A DNA stretch of 21,246 bases from Candidatus Micrarchaeota archaeon (GTDB taxonomy: Archaea; Micrarchaeota; Micrarchaeia; Anstonellales; Bilamarchaeaceae): positions 1 through 21,246 of the forward strand of contig JBDRIM010000062.1 in assembly GCA_043816005.1 (NCBI GenBank). Direction: 5' to 3'. The notes beneath the pieces are model-generated. The model made no database searches. It was not told where the DNA came from and saw only the letters and a list, made by a program, of their open reading frames with translations. Position 1 is the stretch's first letter. Each line of letters begins with the position of its first letter. The translations under genes were made by a program, and so were the position numbers. This document shows positions 8,183-17,392 of this stretch, in pieces.

Positions 8183-8680
8183 ATGGTAGGTCCCCCAGAA
8201 GAGAAAAAACTTATTGGTGATGATACAAACACACTAGAAAAACAAAATCAAAGAATAAAAGAACTTGAAGAACGAATGATGAGACTTCAGGCAGAGTTTG
8301 AAAATTACAAAAAACGAGTGATGAAAGAAAATGAAATGATAAAAGAAAAATGCAATGCAGATGCAATAATGAAGATCATTCCAATTGTTGATGAACTTGA
8401 ACTTGCGATTAATCACATGGATAAATCAAGTCACAAGGAATTCAAACATGGAGTGGAATTGATCTATGCAAAATTGCGTGATACATTGAAGAAAGAAGGA
8501 ATAGTAGAGATGAAAGCCATGGGTGAGACTTTTGATCCGTTCAAACACGACGCACTCAGACAGGCTGATGGCCATGAAGGAAAGATAATCGAAGTCGTGC
8601 AAAAAGGATATTATATTAATGGAAAAATACTACGACACGCAAAAGTTGTCGTAGGAAAAAGTAAGGAGGAAAAAGGGTGA
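8183..8680 (+). CDS. grpE: Nucleotide exchange factor GrpE (true start may be ACG at 8114)
   Basis: Motifs [20 protein letters not shown] and [18 protein letters not shown]. Upstream of dnaK. Confidence 0.97.
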   Translation: MVGPPEEKKLIGDDTNTLEKQNQRIKELEERMMRLQAEFENYKKRVMKENEMIKEKCNADAIMKIIPIVDELELAINHMDKSSHKEFKHGVELIYAKLRDTLKKEGIVEMKAMGETFDPFKHDALRQADGHEGKIIEVVQKGYYINGKILRHAKVVVGKSKEEKG

Positions 8681-8684
8681 AAAA

Positions 8685-10580
8685 ATGACTAAAATTATTG
8701 GTATAGATTTGGGAACAAGTAATTCTGCAGCTGCGTTTTTGGAAGGTGGGAGACCTAAGATAATTCCAAGTGCAGAAGGGATAACACAATACGGAAAGGC
8801 ATTTCCAAGTTATATTGCACTCACACGTGATGGGCAGAGAATAATAGGTGAACCAGCACGAAGGCAAGCAGTTACAAATTCAGAAGGAACTATCACTGCA
8901 TTCAAAAGAAAGATGGGAAGTGATTACAAATACAAGATTTTTGAAAAGGAATATAGACCACAGGAACTTTCTGCATTTATATTACAGAAAATAAAAAAAG
9001 ATGCAGAGGAATTTTTAGGTGAAAAAATAGATAAAGCAGTCATAACAGTACCGGCCTACTTTAATGATAATCAAAGACAGGCAACTAAAGACGCTGGTGA
9101 AATAGCAGGTTTAGAGGTTGTAAGATTAGTAAATGAACCGACTGCAGCCTGTCTTGCATATGGTGTTGACAAAGTTGGAAAGGATATGAGAATACTTGTA
9201 TTTGATCTTGGTGGAGGAACACTAGATGTCACCATCATGGAATTTGGTGGTGGAGTGTTCGAGGTTAAAGCAACCAATGGTGATACACAATTAGGCGGAA
9301 CAGATATGGATACCATTATTTCAGAATACCTTACTGACCAGTTCAGAAAAGAGAGCGGAGTGGATATTTCAAAAGATAAACAAGCACACCAAAGAATTTT
9401 GGAGGCTGCAGAAAAAGCTAAAATAGAACTTTCAACTGCCTTGGAATCAGAAATAAATCTACCATTCTTAACCTCAATCGATAATCAACCAAAACATTTT
9501 GTCTACAAACTAACTAGAGCTAAACTCGAGGATTTGATAAGACCAGTTATAGAAAGATGCAGAAATCCGATGGAAAATGCACTTAAGGATGCCAAATTAT
9601 CTCCAGGAGATATTGATAAGATAATTATGGTTGGTGGACCAACTAGGATGCCAGTTGTCCAAAAATTTGTGGAGGACACTCTTGGAAAGAAAGTTGAAAG
9701 AGGAGTTGATCCAATGGAATGTGTTGCAATGGGTGCAGCAGTTCAAGGTGGTGTACTTTCAGGAGAAGTAAAGGATGTTCTTTTGCTTGATGTTACCCCA
9801 CTTTCACTCGGTCTTGAGACTCTTGGTGGTGTAATGACAAAACTCATTGAGAGAAACACAACGATTCCAACGAAAAAGAGCCAGGTGTTTTCAACTGCAG
9901 CAGATATGCAGACTGCAGTTGACATTCACATTTTACAAGGGGAACGACCAATGGCAAAGGATAATGTCTCTCTTGGTAAATTCAATCTTGTTGGTATTCC
10001 ACCTGCACCCAGGGGAGTCCCACAGGTAGAGGTAACATTTGATATTGATGCAAATGGGATACTGCATGTTGGAGCAAAAGACAAAGCAACAGGAAAAGAA
10101 CAAACCATGAAAGTAATTGCACCGCTCAAGATGTCAGATTCTGAAATAAAAACAAAAATGACAGATGCAGAAAGATTTTCAGATGAAGACAAAAAGGCAT
10201 ATGAATTGGCTACAGCAAGAAATGAAGCTGAAACTATGATATATGTAACAAAGAAAACAATCGAAGAGCTCAAAGATAAAATGACGAAAGAACAGTATGA
10301 TAAGTTAACCGCTGCACAGGCAAAGTTAGAAGATGCAATGAAAACTGATGATGCAGTCAAAATCAGAGCAGATACTGAAGCACTCAAAAAAGTACTTGAA
10401 GAGATTGGTAGTTCGATGTATCAGCAGCAGGGCGGACCAGGAATGGGCGGAGGTCCAGGGGGTTCCGAAACAGGCGGCTCCAACCCAAGTGAGGGTAGTG
10501 AACAAGGTTACGAGCATATAAAAAAGGGAAAGAAGAAAAAAGACGATGATGTGGTTGATGGAAAATACCAAAAGGTATAG
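8685..10580 (+). CDS. dnaK: Chaperone DnaK (Hsp70)
   Basis: Motifs [28 protein letters not shown] and [11 protein letters not shown]. Lacks the proteobacterial N-domain insert. GGTGA SD. Confidence 0.99.
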   Translation: MTKIIGIDLGTSNSAAAFLEGGRPKIIPSAEGITQYGKAFPSYIALTRDGQRIIGEPARRQAVTNSEGTITAFKRKMGSDYKYKIFEKEYRPQELSAFILQKIKKDAEEFLGEKIDKAVITVPAYFNDNQRQATKDAGEIAGLEVVRLVNEPTAACLAYGVDKVGKDMRILVFDLGGGTLDVTIMEFGGGVFEVKATNGDTQLGGTDMDTIISEYLTDQFRKESGVDISKDKQAHQRILEAAEKAKIELSTALESEINLPFLTSIDNQPKHFVYKLTRAKLEDLIRPVIERCRNPMENALKDAKLSPGDIDKIIMVGGPTRMPVVQKFVEDTLGKKVERGVDPMECVAMGAAVQGGVLSGEVKDVLLLDVTPLSLGLETLGGVMTKLIERNTTIPTKKSQVFSTAADMQTAVDIHILQGERPMAKDNVSLGKFNLVGIPPAPRGVPQVEVTFDIDANGILHVGAKDKATGKEQTMKVIAPLKMSDSEIKTKMTDAERFSDEDKKAYELATARNEAETMIYVTKKTIEELKDKMTKEQYDKLTAAQAKLEDAMKTDDAVKIRADTEALKKVLEEIGSSMYQQQGGPGMGGGPGGSETGGSNPSEGSEQGYEHIKKGKKKKDDDVVDGKYQKV

Positions 10581-10620
10581 CTAAAAATGCGAGCCAGCAT
10601 TCTTCCTGTAAGGTGGGTAC

Positions 10621-11667
10621 ATGGTCAAGGGAAATATGAGAGGTTCTGAACTGATAATATCTGCAGGCGGTAAACTATATCATGTTGATTTGGCACGCTC
10701 AGACGGACCAATCAAAAACATTTTTATGGTTGGCGACCCGAAACGGGTTGGTACCGTAGCAGAACACCTAACTGGAGTTAGAAGAGTTGCAGAGAACCGA
10801 GAGTTTGTTACTGTCTTTGGAAAATATAAAGATGTTGATGTTGCAGTTATGGGAACAGGAATCGGCACAGATAATACCGAAATAGCAAGTGTTGAACTTC
10901 ATGCAGTGCACGAGTTTGACCCAGTTAAAACTACCTGGTTTGACCCAGTTAAAAGAAATATGATTAGGCTGGGTACTTCTGGAAGCCCACAAAAGGACAT
11001 TGCACTTGGAACAGTTGCCATAGCAACACATGGAGTTGGACTTGATAATACGGGGATATATTATCCATTTTATTCTACTGATCCGGTTGTGGCAGGATTA
11101 AAAAGCCGGCTTAGGGAAGCTGTAGTTAGGGCAATAACTCAAGCTGACCTTGGTGAAATTTGCCCATCTGCCCTGGATGCTATTAGAAGCGGAACTGTTG
11201 ATGAATCAGTGGTGAGACAACAACTGGCCGATGATTTCAGGCCATATGTTTCAAGCGCTACTCCGGCGGTTGTGGAGGCACTTCGTGCTGCATGCAACGA
11301 CCGTGGTATGGGTGAGGGTGCACGCGAATCAGGCTATGTTGTTGGTGCAACGTCATCGGCATCAGGATTCTTTGGACCGCAGGGAAGGCAGATCGGAAGG
11401 TTAAATGTGCTGGTTCCACGTCTTCAGGAAATACTTGCAGAGTTGAATGCTGACGGCGTTAGGGTTGTAAATAATGAGATGGAAAGTAGTGCGCTTTTCA
11501 GAATAAATGGTGAACTTCTCGGGTATAATGTCGGAACAGCATGCCTTGTTATTGCCAACCGAGCAGATGGGGAGTTTATTACCGAACAAGCATTCAATGA
11601 CGGCATGCATAGGATGATAACTGCTGGCATGGAAGCCATGGTTAGGTTGGATCAACAAATCAGGTGA
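10621..11667 (+). CDS. udp: Uridine/nucleoside phosphorylase (PNP_UDP_1 family)
   Basis: Motifs [31 protein letters not shown] and [10 protein letters not shown]. Confidence 0.88.
   Translation: MVKGNMRGSELIISAGGKLYHVDLARSDGPIKNIFMVGDPKRVGTVAEHLTGVRRVAENREFVTVFGKYKDVDVAVMGTGIGTDNTEIASVELHAVHEFDPVKTTWFDPVKRNMIRLGTSGSPQKDIALGTVAIATHGVGLDNTGIYYPFYSTDPVVAGLKSRLREAVVRAITQADLGEICPSALDAIRSGTVDESVVRQQLADDFRPYVSSATPAVVEALRAACNDRGMGEGARESGYVVGATSSASGFFGPQGRQIGRLNVLVPRLQEILAELNADGVRVVNNEMESSALFRINGELLGYNVGTACLVIANRADGEFITEQAFNDGMHRMITAGMEAMVRLDQQIR
10914..10954 (+). repeat. 17-bp direct repeat (period 24) within udp, encoding FDPVK twice
   Basis: GTTTGACCCAGTTAAAA occurs at 10914-10930 and 10938-10954. 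Confidence 0.9.
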
Positions 11668-11963
11668 TTTCTGCGAAAAACTATTATGAGATACTGGGTG
11701 TTTCCGAAGATGCGGATGAAAAAAAGATAAAAAAAGCATACCGCAAACTTGCACTCAAGTATCATCCTGACCGCAACAAAGATGCGGATGCTGTAGAGAA
11801 ATTTAGAGAGATCAGCGAAGCATATGCAATTTTGACTGGTAAAGAAAAACCAGTTGTCAACGAAGCACAACCAAAAATGACTGAAGAAGAATATTGGGCA
11901 ATATCAGTGATGAGAAGATGGAATGAAATGGAAAATGATAAGCAGAATAGTAGTTATAGGTAA
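11664..11963 (+). CDS. Small J-domain protein (class C)
   Basis: '[34 protein letters not shown]' with intact HPD and a short unique C-terminus. GTG start overlaps the udp TGA (GTGA). Confidence 0.88.
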   Translation: MISAKNYYEILGVSEDADEKKIKKAYRKLALKYHPDRNKDADAVEKFREISEAYAILTGKEKPVVNEAQPKMTEEEYWAISVMRRWNEMENDKQNSSYR

Positions 11964-11977
11964 TTTAAGGCGAAAAT

Positions 11978-13087
11978 ATGGCAAAACGAGACTATTATGA
12001 GATTTTAGGTGTCGCAAGAAATGCTAGTCCTGAAGAAATAAAAAAAGCATACCGCAAACTCGCACTCGAATATCACCCGGATAGAAACAAAGAACCAGGT
12101 GCAGAAGCTAAATTCAAAGAACTCTCAGAAGCATACGCTGTTCTTAATGATAGTAAGAAAAAAGCACAATATGATCAATACGGCCATTCTGGCTTTGATC
12201 AGATGTATAGCCAAGAGGACATATTCAGAAATGCGGATTTTAGTGATTTCCAAGATATATTCGATTTTGGAGACCCATTCGGTGGGATGTTCGGTTCTAT
12301 GTTTGGTGGAGGATCTGGAAGAAGAGGACGTAGACGTGGGTATGGTGCCAATCTCGAAACATCAATTGAAATAGAGTTAGAAGAAGCTGCCAAAGGGGTT
12401 GATAAAAACATAAATTATAGTCGAAGTAAAGCCTGTGCAAGATGCAACGGAAATGGAAGCGAACCAGGTAACAATAAAAAAACATGTAATAGTTGCCATG
12501 GAAGGGGGCAAGTTCAACAAACAAGAAAATTAGGTCCTATGGCATTTTACACAGTAACTACGTGCAATAAATGTAGAGGAGAGGGAAGCACAGTTGAAAA
12601 ACCATGTAAGGATTGTGGTGGAACTGGCAAATCAAGTTCAAAAGAACATATAAAAGTAACAGTACCAGCAGGTATTCATAGTGGGATGAGTTTAAGGCTT
12701 GATGATCTTGGTGAATATGGCAGAGACGGACCAGGAGATCTTTTTGTTAAAGTTTATATAAAAGAACATGGGAGATTCGAAAGAAAAGAAGATGATCTTT
12801 TTATCGAAATGCCAATTAGTTTTAGTAAATCAGCAGTTGGAGGGACAATAGATGTACCAACACTTTTTGGGAAAGTAAATTTAGACATCCCGAATGGAAC
12901 TAAATCACACACAGTATTTAGACTGAGAGGAGAGGGAATGCCGAAGCTTGGAAGAAATGGGAAAGGGGATGAATTGGTTAGGGTCATTATAGACGTTCCT
13001 AAAAAATTATCTAAAAGACAGAAAGAGCTCCTTAAAGAATTTGATGAAGAAAATAAAAAAGAGGATAAATTTTTCGGAATTATTTAA
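11978..13087 (+). CDS. dnaJ: Chaperone DnaJ (class A)
   Basis: J domain with HPD, G/F region, four CxxCxGxG motifs and the C-terminal domain. Confidence 0.99.
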   Translation: MAKRDYYEILGVARNASPEEIKKAYRKLALEYHPDRNKEPGAEAKFKELSEAYAVLNDSKKKAQYDQYGHSGFDQMYSQEDIFRNADFSDFQDIFDFGDPFGGMFGSMFGGGSGRRGRRRGYGANLETSIEIELEEAAKGVDKNINYSRSKACARCNGNGSEPGNNKKTCNSCHGRGQVQQTRKLGPMAFYTVTTCNKCRGEGSTVEKPCKDCGGTGKSSSKEHIKVTVPAGIHSGMSLRLDDLGEYGRDGPGDLFVKVYIKEHGRFERKEDDLFIEMPISFSKSAVGGTIDVPTLFGKVNLDIPNGTKSHTVFRLRGEGMPKLGRNGKGDELVRVIIDVPKKLSKRQKELLKEFDEENKKEDKFFGII

Positions 13088-13189
13088 TTACTTTTTCTTT
13101 TTGGCTTTCTTAACTGATTTCTTTTTCACAGTTTTCTTCTTTGGTTCAACACATTCACAGTCACAACAGCATGCTTTTGATTTTTTCAT
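13088..13189 (-). CDS. 33-aa Cys-cluster, Lys-rich micropeptide MKKSKACCCDCECVEPKKKTVKKKSVKKAKKKK
   Basis: Below the ORF-track cutoff. Strong SD AGGTGA-tata-ATG. The stop abuts the dnaJ stop. Confidence 0.7.
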   Translation of the reverse strand: MKKSKACCCDCECVEPKKKTVKKKSVKKAKKKK

Positions 13190-13228
13190 TATATCACCTA
13201 AAGTTTAATTATGAGTATAAAATAAGAT

Positions 13229-13254
13229 TAAAAAAATAAAAAAATAATAAAAAA
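13229..13254 (-). terminator. Poly-T tract, putative archaeal terminator
   Basis: Runs of T on the minus strand immediately after the 26-aa ORF stop. Confidence 0.4.
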
Positions 13255-13335
13255 TTATCTCTTTCTGCTCTTTTTCTTTACGACTTTCTTCTTAGCTGGT
13301 TTTCTTTTAACTGGTTTCTTTGTTTTTTTTGCCAT
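13255..13335 (-). CDS. 26-aa highly basic micropeptide MAKKTKKPVKRKPAKKKVVKKKSRKR
   Basis: Below the ORF-track cutoff. Strong SD GAGGTGA-aatata-ATG. Followed by T-rich tracts on the coding strand. Confidence 0.75.
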   Translation of the reverse strand: MAKKTKKPVKRKPAKKKVVKKKSRKR

Positions 13336-13483
13336 TATATTTCACCTCAATTTTTATTGTGGAAATTTCACTATGCTGAGAAACTTTATTTCACAACATA
13401 TGTGAAATCAAATTTTGCAACATTGGACGAAAAGCCGTTCAATGTTTATTTGAATTGCAATTAGAACAAAACAAATAACAGTT

Positions 13484-14224
13484 TTAAACCTTCGCTAAAA
13501 TTTCTGCAATTTCCAAACAATTTTCTTTAGATAATGCCTTTGGACGCTGTTTTAGAACATTATTGAGCTTTTCAAGTTCATTTTTGCTAAACATTTTGGA
13601 ATCTATTAATGCATTTCTAACTGTTTTGTTTTTGTGTTGGAAAAGCCAGCGAATAATATTTTCCTGAAATTGAGTTAGTTTTAAACCTGTTGGTCTGAGG
13701 ATAATAATTGCAGAATCCACTTTTGGCATTGGACGAAAAAGATGACGAAGTACAATTCTTTCTAATTTTATATCAAATGCAAGTTGAGATGTAACACTCA
13801 AACGACCATAATTTTTATCACCAGGTTTAGCCACCATTTTTTGTGCAAATTCTTTTTGAACCATGAGGATTGCTTTTTCGAATTTTTTATTTGCCAACTT
13901 AAAAACAATGTCTGATGAAATATAATATGGGATATTGCCAACGATAATATCAACTTCAGGAATTTCAAATTCAAGAAAATCTGCTTCGATGATTTCAATT
14001 TTTTCTTTGTTAAATTTTTCTTTTAAAATAGAAACAAATCTTTGATCTAATTCAACAGCAATTATTTTTTTTGGTTTTTGTTGTAGCAAAAAATTTGTTA
14101 GACGACCATCACCAGGACCTATTTCCAATATTGTTTTATCTGAAACATCTGCCAGTTTTGCTTCCAATTGTAATATGTTCTTATCTTCAAGGAAACATTG
14201 TCCAATGGATTTTTTTCGGATCAA
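13484..14224 (-). CDS. rsmA: 16S rRNA m6(2)A dimethyltransferase KsgA/RsmA
   Basis: Motifs KKSIGQCFL, ILEIGPGDGRLT, VGNIPYYIS, YGRLSV and FRPMPKVDSA. Confidence 0.97.
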   Translation of the reverse strand: MIRKKSIGQCFLEDKNILQLEAKLADVSDKTILEIGPGDGRLTNFLLQQKPKKIIAVELDQRFVSILKEKFNKEKIEIIEADFLEFEIPEVDIIVGNIPYYISSDIVFKLANKKFEKAILMVQKEFAQKMVAKPGDKNYGRLSVTSQLAFDIKLERIVLRHLFRPMPKVDSAIIILRPTGLKLTQFQENIIRWLFQHKNKTVRNALIDSKMFSKNELEKLNNVLKQRPKALSKENCLEIAEILAKV

Positions 14225-14227
14225 AAT

Positions 14228-14866
14228 CTACAACCTCAGTAGTCTTGTTTTTGGTGTGGGTAGATTATCAGCTTTAACCAACTGTGATGCTACAGTATCA
14301 ATAGTCCATTTCCTTAGTTTGGTATAACCACGCACACTTGGATGCAATGGATAACCTAACCCGTGTTGTCTTGTATATGAATAAAGATCTAAAATTGAAA
14401 TGTGACTATCACCACCAACTAAATTCTGGAGAAAATCATTGATCCTGCCAACTTTATAAGTATGGTCACCTAAAAGTCGCTTGTCAGAGTATTGTATATT
14501 GAATACAAAAACACGACCAACATCGCGTAAGAGACCAAGTGTATCAGAAATACTTTGAGTTATGTCGCCAGTTCTTTTTCTCATGATATCATTGCGGCCA
14601 GGAAAAAATAGAACATAATCATAATGATCGTTGGGATGTGTAGCAAGTGTTTGTTGTAATTGTTTTTGCATCCAACCAACTCCTTCACCAACTTTTGCAA
14701 CTACATCCAAACTAACAGGGACACCTAATTTTTCTTCTAACGATTTTTCATAGGTTCTCAATTGCCTATTTGGAAACATACCTACAATCCAGGATGGACC
14801 GACAATCAAGATATGTATTTCTTTTTTTTCTGGAACAGTATTTAGTATCGTATCAACCATTTCCAA
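14228..14866 (-). CDS. SGNH/GDSL hydrolase-like protein (atypical motifs)
   Basis: Block I ILIVGPSWIVG, block III FFPGRNDI, block V LHPSVRGY. Confidence 0.75.
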   Translation of the reverse strand: MEMVDTILNTVPEKKEIHILIVGPSWIVGMFPNRQLRTYEKSLEEKLGVPVSLDVVAKVGEGVGWMQKQLQQTLATHPNDHYDYVLFFPGRNDIMRKRTGDITQSISDTLGLLRDVGRVFVFNIQYSDKRLLGDHTYKVGRINDFLQNLVGGDSHISILDLYSYTRQHGLGYPLHPSVRGYTKLRKWTIDTVASQLVKADNLPTPKTRLLRL

Positions 14867-14871
14867 CTACC

Positions 14872-15120
14872 TCAGAGTATGATTTCATCTTTCTTACCTT
14901 CAATTACCAAAACTGCATCAATAAAACCATATGCGTAATTTGCTGCACCAAAAGCAGTGAAATAATCTTTCTTTTCAAAAAAATGTTTTGCATCATTACC
15001 ATAGTTTTCAACATATTCCATTACTTTAGGATATTTTTTATTGAGTTTTAGTTTTTTGAATAATGATACTATCCGATCAAGTTTTTCAATATCTTTTTTT
15101 GCACGTTCTTCATCTTTCAT
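14872..15120 (-). CDS. DUF357 family protein
   Basis: 'YVENYGNDAKHFFEKKDYFTAFGAANYAYGFIDA'. The real start is ATG 15120 (GGAGA SD, TAATG overlap with the nitroreductase stop), not 15273. Confidence 0.9.
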   Translation of the reverse strand: MKDEERAKKDIEKLDRIVSLFKKLKLNKKYPKVMEYVENYGNDAKHFFEKKDYFTAFGAANYAYGFIDAVLVIEGKKDEIIL

Positions 15121-15635
15121 TATATCTCCTTTACAATTTCTTTTATAGGTCTTCTTGTTGTTGATTTCACTGGTCCTTTTTGATAACCAACTGCAAGAAT
15201 TGCTATTGGTACCTCGTAGCTTAGTAAATGAAGGATACGTGAAACTTCGAGTGAATCGAATGCTCCAACCCATACTGATGAAAGACCTTCTGCAGTTGCA
15301 GCTAATTGAGCATAAGAAGCAGAGATTGTAGCATCTTGAGGTGCATAAAGCTCAAAACCACGCTGGCCATATTTAGCTTCTGATAATTGAGGGTCTGCAA
15401 CGAAAATTAATAGTAGCGGAGCTTGTAAAATAAAATCTTGATATTCAGTTGCAGGATGAAGTGCTTCTTTTTTTTCTTGAGAACTAACAGTATATATTTT
15501 GTATGCCTGAATATTGCCAGCCGATGGAGCACGCATAGCAGCATTTATGATATTTTTTATTTTTGAAGTTTCAACGAGTTTGTCAGTAAAATCCCGGACA
15601 GAATGCCTGTTTTGGATGACATCATAGAATTCCAT
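15120..15635 (-). CDS. Nitroreductase family protein
   Basis: Motifs RHSVRDF, AMRAPSAGNIQ, LAATAEGLSSVWVG and IAILAVGY. Confidence 0.95.
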   Translation of the reverse strand: MEFYDVIQNRHSVRDFTDKLVETSKIKNIINAAMRAPSAGNIQAYKIYTVSSQEKKEALHPATEYQDFILQAPLLLIFVADPQLSEAKYGQRGFELYAPQDATISASYAQLAATAEGLSSVWVGAFDSLEVSRILHLLSYEVPIAILAVGYQKGPVKSTTRRPIKEIVKEI

Positions 15636-15738
15636 AATTTTAATTTGATTAGATGGATTAAAATTTCTTAGTTATCACAAGTTACACCTATTTAAAAACA
15701 TAAATATTGTTAATTTACAACTAATAAACGTGATAATT

Positions 15739-16332
15739 ATGCATTTAATAAGAAGAATAGTAGATGCCAGACCCCAACCAAAAGGTGACACCATAGGTGG
15801 AAGACAAAGTGGACAGGATGCAAGAGTACTTGGCAAGGTTGAGATAGATGGACTAATAAAAGAATTCTACGGCGCAGGAATGGAAAGACAACAAAAAATA
15901 CTTGCTGAGTTAACTACTATTGTTGATCCAACCACACGAGATAGAGCATTGAGTGATTTATGTAGAGGAGTACCGTACAATGCACTTAATGTGCAAATAC
16001 CCTTGATAGTTCATGCTATGGGCAGTATAGTAGAAGCACTTGAAAGCACATCATTAGTTGCAATGGTTGCTTCAAGAGATACTAATCGACCAACACAAGA
16101 AAAAGCGATGAGGATCTTAATCAATAATGATTGCTTAGATAATTTGATCAGTGTAGCATTTATTGCAAGAGATGAAGGGATTGCTCTTTGGGCTGTTCAT
16201 GAACTAGGAGAACGAAGAGATAGCAAACGCTTGAAGAGGATTCTTGGTGCACCATTCATGCAGGATAAGCAAGTAGAAGAAGCAGTATTAAGAAAAGTAA
16301 GAGAACTGATAGCAACAATTGAAAATGAATAG
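15739..16332 (+). CDS. Hypothetical all-helical (HEAT-like) protein
   Basis: About 197 aa of amphipathic helical pairs. The ATG at 15739 is preceded by GTGA; the track uses GTG 15730. Confidence 0.65.
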   Translation: MHLIRRIVDARPQPKGDTIGGRQSGQDARVLGKVEIDGLIKEFYGAGMERQQKILAELTTIVDPTTRDRALSDLCRGVPYNALNVQIPLIVHAMGSIVEALESTSLVAMVASRDTNRPTQEKAMRILINNDCLDNLISVAFIARDEGIALWAVHELGERRDSKRLKRILGAPFMQDKQVEEAVLRKVRELIATIENE

Positions 16333-16335
16333 AAG

Positions 16336-16451
16336 TGCCAGCAGCAGTGCAATTTCCCGCCCGTGGGGCAGTACTCATAACACCGTGAAGGGGCTTAACT
16401 TCTGAGTTCGAAATGGGATCAGGTGTGACCCCCTTCCTATGACCGCTGACA
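16336..16451 (-). rRNA. rrf: 5S ribosomal RNA
   Basis: Minus strand reads UGUCAGCGGUCAUAGGAAGG...CACACCUGAUCCCAUUUCGAACUCAGAAGUUAAGCCCC...GUACUG...GGGAAA...GCUGCUGGCA. It has the conserved CGAAC and GAAGUUAAG motifs, and the helix I ends pair (UGUCAGC/GCUGGCA). 116 nt. Confidence 0.96.
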
Positions 16452-16472
16452 AAAGAACTATGCTATTACCTG

Positions 16473-16480
16473 TTTTTAAA
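16473..16480. promoter_or_regulatory. TATA-like element between the 5S rRNA and the divergent membrane-protein gene
   Basis: TTTTTAAA / TTTAAAAA lies 22-29 nt upstream of the 5S 5' end and 24-31 nt upstream of ATG 16504. Confidence 0.5.
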
Positions 16481-16503
16481 GCTTATGATCAACGTTTCTA
16501 TAC

Positions 16504-17392
16504 ATGGATTCTGACATTCAGGCAACTTTTGATGCTTTTTCCAATGGATGGGCATTTTTACAAAAAAAAAGGCAAGAACACAGCAATTGAATTCACTAAG
16601 ATTTATTCTCTATCTATTTGTCTTTCATTTCTTGAATTTTTGATTCTTGCAGCGATAATTGTTATAGGAGCTGGAAGTGTATTGTTTGCTGGTTTCGGAA
16701 GTAATGAGTATATATACAACATTGCAGCTGCACTTGTGAGTAACATACTTATTATTGCAGGACTTTCAATACCAATTATTTTGATATTTAGAATAATTAA
16801 CGCAGCAGTTGGTGCAGTTCCTTATCTTGTAGTTGGAGATAGAAAAACCACTCTTATAAGCGATGTTATTTCACTTCTAGTGCCGGTGGGTGGTTATGCA
16901 ATAGCTGCATTTTTGCTCCAGGTTGTTGTTTTCATTATCCCTGCAGCAATAATGATTATTGTAGTATTGGCAGGAATAGATGTTTGGATAGTTATTATTA
17001 TCATGCTCATAATACTTGCAATAACCTTTGCAATATGGGTTGTTATAAGATTTTTAATCCAATTTGGAATGCTTGAACTTGTTATAAACAAGAAAGGAGT
17101 TATTGAGAGCATAAAAGCATCGATGACACTGGCAAAAGAAAACTGGAAGATGATATTGATTTTCGATGTTGCGATGTTTATTGTTTTGATAGTTATTGGA
17201 GTGGTAAGTGAGGCTGTGATGTATATTTTGCAGATGTTTTTCTATATATCAGTTATGATACCTCCATTGATTGTTATAGTATTATTGTTGTTTGTATTGA
17301 TTTCACTAATACAAAGCGTATTAACGGGTTTGATAGTAATACCAATACAATATATTTTCTGGAAATCTGTAAATGGTGTAAAGAATGGATAG
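16504..17392 (+). pseudogene. Polytopic membrane protein (paralog of 17385-18278), apparently frameshifted at A9 (16562-16570)
   Basis: ATG 16504 gives MDSDIQATFDAFSNGWAFLQKK and then stops at 16588-16590. Removing one A joins it to the long hydrophobic frame. The track's start (16439) lies inside the 5S gene. Confidence 0.65.

Noticed and set aside
9071..10571. Several antisense or alternate-frame ORFs in dnaK (and similarly in udp, dnaJ, lysS and others)
   Set aside because: Typical shadow ORFs of conserved genes, with no independent motifs or start signals.
15121..15273. N-terminal 51 aa of the 133-aa ORF 14872..15273
   Set aside because: It lies out of frame inside the nitroreductase gene. 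DUF357 similarity and the SD begin at ATG 15120.
16439..16503. ORF-track start MTADKRT... for the first membrane protein
   Set aside because: It overlaps the 5S rRNA 5' end and its promoter. ATG 16504 plus a frameshift fits the paralog better.
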